Shown here: one piece after another, positions 50,084-58,535 of the stretch | How the letters are laid out: each line of letters starts with the position of its first letter | Numbering within the stretch: position 1 is the stretch's first letter | DNA from: an uncultured Gammaproteobacteria bacterium | GTDB taxonomy: Bacteria; Myxococcota_A; UBA9160; SMWR01 | NCBI GenBank assembly: GCA_964196055.1 | Contig: CAXMSF010000251.1 | Location: forward strand, 1,101-65,100 | Length of the DNA: 64,000 nucleotides | Reading direction: 5' to 3' | Notes under the pieces: generated by a model | Database searches by the model: none | Told to the model about the DNA's origin: nothing | The model's input: only the letters and a program-made list of their open reading frames with translations | Position numbers and translations under genes: made by a program

Positions 50084-51463
50084 TCAATCCGCCTCGATTC
50101 GATAGACATGCTCGGCCACCGGTTCGACCCCGACTCCGCCGAAGCGACCGAGGCAACCATCGAGACGAGCGATCAGGTCGCGCAGATCGGCTTCGGCGAC
50201 GCCCGGAAAACGCTTCTCGTGGCGTTCGCCCTTGCCCAGGTGGTGAGTCGGCGATGCGACGGCATGGCCCTTCTTTCGGCTCCGACGGCGCGCGGCCCGG
50301 CCTCCCCGCAGCCGGTCGAATAGCGAAGCCCGGGGGAGCTCCTTGCGCTCGGATTCCTGGTTTGCCACCACGTCGACGATTCGGTCGGAGGCAAACGGGC
50401 CGCTCAGGCTCTCGAGGTATTCGTCGATCGGCCTCCGCTCGGCCGGAGGCGGTGCGCACGGCAACTCGCCGCGGGCAGCCCGCTCGAGCATGGCGCGCAT
50501 TTCGTCGAGGCTCACGCATTCGTGGCCGAGCGAATTCGGAAGATCGGAATCAAAAGCGTCGGACTTCACGGGTCGGTAGCTGACGACCGGCCGGCCGAGT
50601 GCATACGCTTCGATCGCGGTCGTGCAGCCGTTGTGGACGAGAACGTCGGCAGCGAGAAGCCAGGGAATCACATTGCCGTCGTGAACGACCTCGACGTTGT
50701 CGTACCCCGCGGCGGCGGCGACCCAGGGCTCCGGCCGTTCGTTGGGATGCGGACGAACGACGAGAGTTCGATTCGGCAAGCTCGAAGCGACATCGGGAAT
50801 CATGGCTCGAAACGCGTCGAAGAGGGCACGTTTGTGCTCGAGATAGCCGGGCGAGAGGCCGCCGCCTGCTCCGCCCGGGGCACCCCGAGCCGGAGCAGGC
50901 GAATCCGACGCCTCGAGCTGGTAACGAAATCCGTTGACCTTCGAGAAGTTCGTGTTCAGCAGCGCAAACCTGCCGTGGCGATCGCGAAGACGACGCACGT
51001 CGTCGTCGAAGAACCCGCGCAGCTCGGGTCGCAGCAGATCGATGCGCGGGTGCCCCGTGGTGAAAATCGGAGTTGCGTCGAAACCGGGAAATTTCCGAAA
51101 CATCTCCGCATTGTCGCGGCCCCACGCGAACAGGAACGACACTTCCGCCAGCGCCTCCGACGACATGCGCCGTCGGAAATAGTGCTCGGCCGAAGGATAG
51201 ACGAGGGCCTCTTCGTCCCAGACGCCGATCTCGTGACCCAGCTTTCGCAGGATCCGGAACATCCGCGTGCTCCGGCGCGTCATGCTCTTCGACAGGTAGG
51301 TTCCGCGCGGAAAGCGCGTGATGTAATCATCGACCTGCGTGCGATGCCCGAGAATCGAGACGAAACCGCGTTGCGCGGCGACACAAGCCAGCAACAACTT
51401 GGAATCGAATTCACGAACCTGGATTTCGACGGGAATGATCAGCGTGGGTTTCGATGCCGACAC
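50084..51463 (-). CDS. 'surface carbohydrate biosynthesis protein'-type paralog 4
   Basis: KPTLIIPVEIQVREFDSKLLLACVAAQRGF..., TTGHPRIDLLRPE, RPHPNE, HNGCTTAIEA, RFPGVAEADLRDLIARLD. Start uncertain: GTG 51463 by alignment with the paralogs, while the ORF-track ATG 51589 adds 42 unrelated aa that overlap a thiolase relic. Confidence 0.65.
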   Translation of the reverse strand: MSASKPTLIIPVEIQVREFDSKLLLACVAAQRGFVSILGHRTQVDDYITRFPRGTYLSKSMTRRSTRMFRILRKLGHEIGVWDEEALVYPSAEHYFRRRMSSEALAEVSFLFAWGRDNAEMFRKFPGFDATPIFTTGHPRIDLLRPELRGFFDDDVRRLRDRHGRFALLNTNFSKVNGFRYQLEASDSPAPARGAPGGAGGGLSPGYLEHKRALFDAFRAMIPDVASSLPNRTLVVRPHPNERPEPWVAAAAGYDNVEVVHDGNVIPWLLAADVLVHNGCTTAIEAYALGRPVVSYRPVKSDAFDSDLPNSLGHECVSLDEMRAMLERAARGELPCAPPPAERRPIDEYLESLSGPFASDRIVDVVANQESERKELPRASLFDRLRGGRAARRRSRKKGHAVASPTHHLGKGERHEKRFPGVAEADLRDLIARLDGCLGRFGGVGVEPVAEHVYRIEAD

Positions 51464-51578
51464 AGCAGATGTTTGTAACAGCCGCACCCCGTTTCCGCCA
51501 TCGAACACCCGCTCACGACACCCGTGGCCAACAAAGGCATGTCCGTCCGGATCGAATTCGGCCGGACTCCCGACCGTG

Positions 51579-51780
51579 ATGCGCGACAAGCCGCTCTCGC
51601 CCTCGGACTACCTCGCGCGCCCGATACTCGTCGATCCGCTGCGAGTCGAGGACTGCTGTCTGATCTCGGACGGCGGCGCCGCCTGCATCATGACGACCCC
51701 CGAACGCGCACGGGATCTGCGCAAACCGCCGGTGCTGGTCGAAGGTGTGGGGATGGGGATGGTCGCGCAGCTGAATCAGG
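51579..51780 (+). pseudogene. internal relic (~65 aa) of an SCP-x/lipid-transfer-type thiolase gene
   Basis: MRDKPLSPSDYLARPILVDPLRVEDCCLISDGGAACIMTTPERARDLRKPPVLVEGVGMG matches the mid-region pattern of thiolase-like lipid-transfer proteins. No N- or C-terminal parts are present. Confidence 0.55.
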
Positions 51781-51786
51781 CCGTCG

Positions 51787-52197
51787 CTACTGCCCGTCCG
51801 CAGGAGCGGGTTCCGCCTCGGGGGGTTGGACGCGCTTGTAGGCGACGCGGCCGCTGGGCCTGTCGAGCACTACCCGGTTCTCGTCGACGATCGTGTAGAC
51901 GAGGCCCTCGCCATCCGGCCGGGTGACGATGACGCGGCCGTCCGCGATCTCGTAGCCGACCGATTGGGACTTTCCGCTCATCACCATCTTGTCCTCTCGG
52001 AACTCGATCTCCTCGACCCCGGAGAACCCCATGCTGATGACCGCACCGGCCGCTGCGAGACCTTCGCTCGCGTCGGCGTCGAAGACCCAGCGGCCGAGGA
52101 GAGGGTTGGTCTCGCCGCAGGCGGTCACGACGATGGGCAGGAGCAGAATGAGCGTCGCGAGTATCGGGTGAATCGGACGGAACGGACGGTTCATCAT
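51787..52197 (-). CDS. lipoprotein, hypothetical
   Basis: Lipobox LLLPIVVTAC, 136 aa. Confidence 0.55.
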   Translation of the reverse strand: MMNRPFRPIHPILATLILLLPIVVTACGETNPLLGRWVFDADASEGLAAAGAVISMGFSGVEEIEFREDKMVMSGKSQSVGYEIADGRVIVTRPDGEGLVYTIVDENRVVLDRPSGRVAYKRVQPPEAEPAPADGQ

Positions 52198-52454
52198 CGA
52201 AGCTCTCCTCGTTCTGAATGGATCGGCCCCGAGTCTAGCCCGGAGAACCAGGAGCGGAAAGTTGGGGTTGCGGGATCTTCGACGACCGTTGCGCTGATCC
52301 CGGAAACAATCGATCGAATCACAGGCCCGAGACGGGCGCCGACCGACATCGCCGGCGTGTTACCATCGATCCTCGAATTCGTGCGGTGTTGGGCGACCGG
52401 TCGAGCGCCCGGAAGCCCCCCCGACGAACGAACGGATCGGCGAGACGACCGACG

Positions 52455-53182
52455 ATGCGATGGCAACGCGGCCCCCGAAGTCGCAACCTGGAGTATCGGC
52501 GTTCACAACGCCCGCGGCGCGCGGGCTTGGGCGGTGGCGGGATCCGCGTGCCGCTCCCGCGTGGACGCGGCGGCCGGTTGAGCTTCACCGGGATTCTCGT
52601 CGTGCTCGGAGTCTCCTGGCTGCTCGGCATCAACCGCTGACCCTGCTCGGGGGTCTCGGTGCCGGAAGCCCCACTCGAGTGGGGATCGACCCGGGCCGGT
52701 CGTTCGGCGATCCACAGTCGGATGTCGGCGCGCGCGAGCCTCTCCGCACGACACCGGAAGAAGAAGAACTCGTCGACTTCGTATCCTTCGTCATCGACGA
52801 CGTGCAGCTCACGTGGACGAAGCTGTTGCCGGGCTACCGCGATGCGAAGGTGGTGCTGTTTCGCGGCGCAACCCAATCCGGCTGCGGTGTCGGGCGCAGC
52901 GAGATGGGCCCGTTCTACTGTCCGCGTGATCAGAAGGTCTACGTCGACCTCGGTTTCTTCGAAGATCTGCGGGCGCGCTTCGGTGCGCCGGGCGACTTCG
53001 CGCAGGCCTACGTACTCGGGCACGAAATCGGCCACCATATCCAGACTCTCACCGGCGTGAGCGAGCAGGTACGGCGCGAGCAGACCGCAAACCGCGGCGG
53101 CGCAATCGACCTCTCCTCCGACGCCTGCCTGATCGGGCACTGCTACTTCGCAGCATTTTTCTTCTATGCTCGTTCTTCGTGA
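52455..53182 (+). pseudogene. ypfJ: ypfJ-type neutral zinc metallopeptidase, frameshifted and 3'-truncated
   Basis: MRWQRGPRSRNLEYRR...GILVVLGVSWLLGIN then a stop. The sense continues in the next frame: LTLLGGLG...MGPFYCPRDQKVYVDLGFF...GDFAQAYVLGHEIGHHIQ. A 1-nt loss at about 52634 (aaccgctg versus the expected aacccgctg) would explain it. Sequence similarity ends near 53150, about 65 aa short of the E. coli YpfJ length as I remember it. Confidence 0.7.
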
Positions 53183-53697
53183 CCGTCGCGAAGAAGATCT
53201 GCATGCTCGGAGACCCGGGGGCCGGCAAGACCTCGCTGGTCCGCCGCTACGTGCTGGACGAGTTCACGGACGATTACCAAACGACCCTGGGCGTCAACGT
53301 CTACAAGTACGAAGACGAGATCGTGGCCGAGGGTGCCGTTACGCATTTCAAGCAGATTCTGTGGGACGTCGAGGGAGGGCTCCAGCGCGAGTCGCTGCTC
53401 GCCAACTACCTGGGCGGCGCATCGGGAGCCATCATCGTCGGTGACGTCACCTGGAGCGACTGCGCGGAGACGATGCGGGCGAATGCCGATCGCTTCCGAG
53501 AAACCTGCCTCGACAGCCCCGCGGTGTTCGCGGTGAACAAGATGGACCGAGTCGAGAAGTCCCGGCGGTTGGTCGATGTCGAGCGCCTCGCGCGAGAGTT
53601 CGGCGGCATTGTGAAATACACGAGCGCCGCTACCGGCGCCGAGGTCACTTCGTTGTTTCGGGCGCTCGCGCGCCGGATCCTGGGCGTGGCGGACTGA
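53179..53697 (+). CDS. Ras/Rab-like small GTPase
   Basis: G1 GDPGAGKTS, G3 WDVEGG (no catalytic Gln), G4 NKMD, G5 TSAATG. GTG start. Confidence 0.75.
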   Translation: MTVAKKICMLGDPGAGKTSLVRRYVLDEFTDDYQTTLGVNVYKYEDEIVAEGAVTHFKQILWDVEGGLQRESLLANYLGGASGAIIVGDVTWSDCAETMRANADRFRETCLDSPAVFAVNKMDRVEKSRRLVDVERLAREFGGIVKYTSAATGAEVTSLFRALARRILGVAD

Positions 53698-53703
53698 CGG
53701 CTG

Positions 53704-56031
53704 ATGTCCACGCTCTCCGAATCCCAACTGGAACGAGCTGCGGGCCTCCTCTTCACGTCGACCGACTACGGAATCGCAGTCCTCGATCCCGACGGACGAG
53801 TCACTGCCTTGGGGGGCGCGCTGGTCGACGGCATCGAGTCCGGCGAGGCCGCTTGCGACGCCATGCCCTTCCTCGTGGGTCTAGAGGACGAGCTCGCAGC
53901 AGCGGCCGGGGCGACGGGCAAACCATTCCATCTTCCGAACCTGAATCTCACGCTTCCCTCGGGCAAGGTTCGCTTCGTGTCGCTCTACATCCTGCCGGGC
54001 GAGGAGCCCGGGGCTGCAAGCGTCGTGCTTCGAGATACCACGGAGGCCTCGCTTCACCACCGCAAGGACATGCAGCGCAAGAATGAACTCGACCAGACCC
54101 GCCGAGAGCTCGAGACGACGAATCGCCTGCTTGCAGAGGCGAGCCATCGGGCCGAACAGGCGACCCGCGCCAAGTCGCAGTTCCTGGCGATGATGACCCA
54201 CGGAATCCGCACGCCGATGAACGGAGTGTTGGGAATGCTCCAGCTGCTCCTCGACTCCAACCTCACGTCGGAGCAACACAGCCACGCCCTGACCGCGTTC
54301 GCGTCCGGGGAGTCGTTGCTTCGCCTCATCAACGACATCCTCGACTTCTCGAAGATCGAAGCCGGCAAGCTCGAGCTCGAGCACGCGCCCTTCAGCCTGC
54401 GCGAGGTGGTCGAGGGAACGACCGAACTCCTCGCCCCGCTCGCACAGGAGAAGGGGGTCGAGATCGCGGCCCACATTGCCGCGCCGGTCCCCGATGCCCT
54501 CGTGGGTGACCGCGGCCGCCTGCGACAAATCCTCCTCAACCTGATCGGCAATGCCATCAAATTCACGTCTACGGGTGGGATCCACATTTCTGTCGAGAAA
54601 CGAGAACAGCCGCACGAGCTACTGCATTTCGAGGTGCTCGATTCGGGCATCGGAATCCCGGAAGCGGCCCAGGCGCAGCTCTTCGAGGACTTCACCCAGC
54701 AAGACGCCTCGACGGCCAGCCGATTCGGAGGCACGGGGCTGGGACTCGCCATTGTGCAGCGCCTCGTCGCTCGAATGGAGGGGAAGCTCGGGGTCGAGAG
54801 CGAGCCGGGCCGGGGCAGCAGCTTCTGGTTCGACGTACCCTTCGAAGTTCATCCGACCGCCGCCGCGGTCGCGCCGGAAGCCCAGGGAAGAGCCCTCGCA
54901 CTCTCGGCCAATGCCATCGCCCTTCGAAACTTCAGCGAACAACTCGAGGCCCTCGGCTACGCGCCCGTGGCCGCAAGCGACTTCAACGCCGTCCGGCGAC
55001 TCGTCGAGCAGGTACCGGAGGCGTTTGCGGCCGTGCTCGTGGACGAGTCACTTCCCGAGCTCGAGCGCGAGGCCATCGCAAACCTACCCCGATTGAGAGA
55101 CGCCCGTCGAATCCTCGCTTGTGCACAGAGCCACATCGGAGGCGACCACGAGCCGGGCACCGGCGGATATCACGCGCGCATACCCAAACCGGTGTGGGGC
55201 AAGAACCTGCGGGAGGCGATCGAATCCGACGGGCGCTCGACACGAGCCGCCCCCTTCGTCACCGCGCCCGCGACGCGCTCCGAGCGCCTGCTGGTCGTGG
55301 ACGACGGAGAAGCCAATCGCCGAGTGGCCCACGCCCTGCTCGCGAGATCGGGCTTTCCCGTCGACGCCGTGGCGAGCGGCGAGGAAGCCCTGCTCCGGCT
55401 CGAGCGGGATGCCTATGCACTCGTGCTCATGGACATCCAGATGCCTGGCCTGGACGGATTCGAGACGACCGAGCGAATCCGTGGCCTCGACGGAGTCGCC
55501 GCGCGAACGCCGGTCGTCGCCATGACGGCGAATGCAATTCAAGAATTGGGCGAGCGATTCGAGGCCGCAGACTTCGCGGGCTACATCCACAAGCCCGTGG
55601 CGAAGGCCGACCTGCTCGCCACCGTCGATCGCATTCTCGCTGCCGAGAGGTCGCAGCAGCTGCCGGCACATACCATTCCGGTACCGGAGTTGGTCGCTGC
55701 CGAAGTGCTGCAAGAGTTCTGGCATTCTGTCGGCGAACGGGCCTTCGACCGCCTCGTCGACACCTACTTCGAAGAGATTCGCGTACGACTCGAGTCGATC
55801 CCGACCGAACTCGCCGCACAACGACTCGACAGCGTCGAACGACTGGCCCACGACTTGAAGACCTGCGCTGCAGCCCTCGGCGGCCTCCCGCTGCGAGATC
55901 ACGCAGCCGCGCTCGAGCAGGCGAGCCGCGAGGGCGATGAAGAGACGACGCGGGCGATCGTGGCCGACATCGGCCCACTCGGCCGCGACACCCTGGCCAC
56001 CGTCGAAGCGCTGAGAAGCAGCATCGGCTAG
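53704..56031 (+). CDS. hybrid sensor histidine kinase (PAS-like N-domain, HisKA, HATPase_c, pseudo-receiver region, receiver, HPt)
   Basis: H-box SQFLAMMTHGIRTPMNG. N/G boxes LLNLIGNAIKFT, GGTGLGL. Receiver LLVVDDGEANR...VLMDIQMPGLDG. C-terminal HPt LAHDLKTCAAALG. Confidence 0.9.
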   Translation: MSTLSESQLERAAGLLFTSTDYGIAVLDPDGRVTALGGALVDGIESGEAACDAMPFLVGLEDELAAAAGATGKPFHLPNLNLTLPSGKVRFVSLYILPGEEPGAASVVLRDTTEASLHHRKDMQRKNELDQTRRELETTNRLLAEASHRAEQATRAKSQFLAMMTHGIRTPMNGVLGMLQLLLDSNLTSEQHSHALTAFASGESLLRLINDILDFSKIEAGKLELEHAPFSLREVVEGTTELLAPLAQEKGVEIAAHIAAPVPDALVGDRGRLRQILLNLIGNAIKFTSTGGIHISVEKREQPHELLHFEVLDSGIGIPEAAQAQLFEDFTQQDASTASRFGGTGLGLAIVQRLVARMEGKLGVESEPGRGSSFWFDVPFEVHPTAAAVAPEAQGRALALSANAIALRNFSEQLEALGYAPVAASDFNAVRRLVEQVPEAFAAVLVDESLPELEREAIANLPRLRDARRILACAQSHIGGDHEPGTGGYHARIPKPVWGKNLREAIESDGRSTRAAPFVTAPATRSERLLVVDDGEANRRVAHALLARSGFPVDAVASGEEALLRLERDAYALVLMDIQMPGLDGFETTERIRGLDGVAARTPVVAMTANAIQELGERFEAADFAGYIHKPVAKADLLATVDRILAAERSQQLPAHTIPVPELVAAEVLQEFWHSVGERAFDRLVDTYFEEIRVRLESIPTELAAQRLDSVERLAHDLKTCAAALGGLPLRDHAAALEQASREGDEETTRAIVADIGPLGRDTLATVEALRSSIG

Positions 56032-56051
56032 CGATCGGGTGGCCGCGCCGT

Positions 56052-57275
56052 TCAGATCCGGATGCGATCGCCCTCACGCGGGGCGACACAACGGACGGAC
56101 GAGCCCCAATCGGCCAGCAGACCCGCGACCGTCTCGAGCTTGGCGTCGATGGCGTCGTCGTTCTGGTCCGGGTCGTGGTGGAAGAGGTAGAGGGTCTCGA
56201 CCGAAGCGCGATGGGCCAGGTCCGCGACCCGACTCACGCACGAATGCCCCCATCCCACCCTGGCTGCATACTCCGCGTCCGTGTAGGTCGTATCCGTGAT
56301 CAACGCATCGGTGCCGCTGACGAACTCGATCAGCTGCGCCTCGTACTCCGCGCTGAAGTATTCGGAATCGGGCAGGAAGAGTTCGTTGTCGGTCACGTAG
56401 CAGAGCGAGCGCCCCCCGTAGGTGAGCCGATATCCCAGGCAATTACCCGGGTGGGAGAGCAGCATGGTCCGAAGCTCGATCTCGCCCAGCTTGTGACTAC
56501 CCGCGGACAGATCCTCGAACTCGACACTGGATGCGAACTCCTGGATCGTGATCGGGAAATACACCCCTTCCATCTGAGCCGAGACTAAGTCGCGAACACC
56601 CTTGTCGCCCTGCGACGCTCCCATGATCCGAATCGCATTGCCGGGGATGTAGAGCGGCGTGAAGAAAGGGATCGCGTTGATGTGATCCCAGTGAGGATGA
56701 GAAAGCAGGAGGCTCGCCTCGACGCGTCCTCGACTCATGAGGTGATCGCCGAGTCGCTTGATCCCCGAACCCGCGTCGAACACGAAGAGCGAACCCTTCG
56801 GAAACTCCACGGTCACACACGAGGTATTCCCGCCGTAGCGAAGCGAATCGGCCCCGGGTCGCGGCAGGGTTCCACGCACTCCCCAGAATTCGACTTCGAT
56901 CCGATCTTCGACGATTCGATCGATCTGTTGCAGAAAGGACTCGGCCCGGATCGGCTTCTGGATGTAGCCGTCCGCGCCGAGTTCCGCCGCGCGCCTCCGG
57001 TCGTACTGAAAGCCCTTCGACGAGCAGATCACGATCTTCAGATCGCTAAGCGCGGGGTTCTCACGCAGTCGGCGACAGACCTCGAAGCCATCCATGTCGG
57101 GCATCATCAGGTCGAGCAGCACGACCTGCGGACGCTCCCGCTCGATGGCCTCGAGGGCCGGGCGGCTTTCCGTGCACACCGTGACGCGGTGCCCCGCGTT
57201 CTCGAGCACGGCCTCGGCGGTCCTGGCCAGGGCCAGGTTGTCGTCCACGACATAGAAGTGGAGATCACCGCTCAT
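56052..57275 (-). CDS. response-regulator receiver fused to an MBL-fold metallo-hydrolase
   Basis: FYVVDDNLALAR...VLLDLMMPDMDG...KIVICSSK, then LLLSHPHWDHINAIPFF (HxHxDH). Confidence 0.85.
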   Translation of the reverse strand: MSGDLHFYVVDDNLALARTAEAVLENAGHRVTVCTESRPALEAIERERPQVVLLDLMMPDMDGFEVCRRLRENPALSDLKIVICSSKGFQYDRRRAAELGADGYIQKPIRAESFLQQIDRIVEDRIEVEFWGVRGTLPRPGADSLRYGGNTSCVTVEFPKGSLFVFDAGSGIKRLGDHLMSRGRVEASLLLSHPHWDHINAIPFFTPLYIPGNAIRIMGASQGDKGVRDLVSAQMEGVYFPITIQEFASSVEFEDLSAGSHKLGEIELRTMLLSHPGNCLGYRLTYGGRSLCYVTDNELFLPDSEYFSAEYEAQLIEFVSGTDALITDTTYTDAEYAARVGWGHSCVSRVADLAHRASVETLYLFHHDPDQNDDAIDAKLETVAGLLADWGSSVRCVAPREGDRIRI

Positions 57276-57534
57276 CGTGCCCTCACTGCAGCGGGGAGAG
57301 CCGCGACGTTACCATGAATCCGGGGCCATGAACCGAATCGGGCGAGGCGGCATCTCTAACACGCACCGCAACGCAAGTGGGTCGTGATCCCCCCGCGATC
57401 CGGCCGGTCAGCAACGCGGAGTGGTAGTGGCGACCGCCGCCGCATAGTATTCGGCCCCTCGAAAGCATTCGGCGAGGATGTCCGACCCGAGCGAAACATC
57501 AAGAATAATCGAGTACATAGAAGGAAATCAGCTC

Positions 57535-58524
57535 ATGTCCGAAGGTGTCGCAGGCGGCCAGATCGACGAGTCGCTGGCCAAGTTGGGGAGCTCGCTGCAG
57601 AGCGAGATCGGAAAAGTTCTGGTGGGGCAGGAGGCCATGGTGCAGGGTCTGCTGGTCGGCCTGCTGTCGTCCGGCCACATACTGATCGAAGGACTGCCGG
57701 GTCTCGCCAAGACGCTCACGGTGCACTCGCTGGCCCGGGCGATCCATACCGGCTTCTCCCGCATTCAGTTCACACCCGACATGCTCCCCGCGGACGTGAT
57801 CGGTACCCAGATCTTCAACCCGAAGGACGCGACCTTCAGCGTGAAGCAGGGGCCGATCTTCTCCAACCTCGTCCTCGCCGACGAAATCAATCGCGCGCCC
57901 GCCAAGGTGCAGTCGGCGCTGCTCGAGGCGATGCAGGAGCGACAGGTCACGATCGGCGGCGAGACCTTCCTCCTGCAGGAGCCTTTCCTCGTGCTCGCCA
58001 CCCAGAACCCGATCGAGCAGGAGGGAACCTACCCTCTGCCCGAGGCACAGATCGACCGCTTCATGCTCAAGCTCCGGGTCGGCTATCCCAGCCAGGAGGA
58101 GGAGCGGCGCATCCTCGATCGCATGGCCAGCGGACAACCCATTCCCGAGGTACAGGCGATCGCAACCGCCGACGACATCCTCGCCGCACGGCGTGCGGTA
58201 AGCGAACTCTTCGTCGACGAGAAGGCGCGCAACTACATCGTCGACCTGGTGCAGGCCACCCGCGAGCCGGGCACGGCCGGCCTGCCCGAGCTCGAGGGGC
58301 TGATCGAGCACGGCGCGAGCCCGCGCGCGAGCATCGCCCTGATGCAAGCCGCCAAGGCTCACGCATTCCTCCAGGGCCGCACCTACGTGACGCCTCACGA
58401 CATCCAGACCATGGCACCCGACGTACTGCGCCACCGCGTCTCGGTGAGCTACGAGGCCGAGGCGGAGGGGAAGTCGGCCGAGGACTTGATCCAGAAGATC
58501 ATGGACACCCTGCTGGTTCCCTGA
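57535..58524 (+). CDS. MoxR-family AAA+ ATPase
   Basis: Walker A GLPGLAKT, Walker B LADEINRAP, ATQNPIEQEGTYPLPEAQ(I)DRF. Start ATG 57535 (AAGGA upstream) is preferred over 57478. Confidence 0.9.
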   Translation: MSEGVAGGQIDESLAKLGSSLQSEIGKVLVGQEAMVQGLLVGLLSSGHILIEGLPGLAKTLTVHSLARAIHTGFSRIQFTPDMLPADVIGTQIFNPKDATFSVKQGPIFSNLVLADEINRAPAKVQSALLEAMQERQVTIGGETFLLQEPFLVLATQNPIEQEGTYPLPEAQIDRFMLKLRVGYPSQEEERRILDRMASGQPIPEVQAIATADDILAARRAVSELFVDEKARNYIVDLVQATREPGTAGLPELEGLIEHGASPRASIALMQAAKAHAFLQGRTYVTPHDIQTMAPDVLRHRVSVSYEAEAEGKSAEDLIQKIMDTLLVP

Positions 58525-58535
58525 GAGGCTGAACC

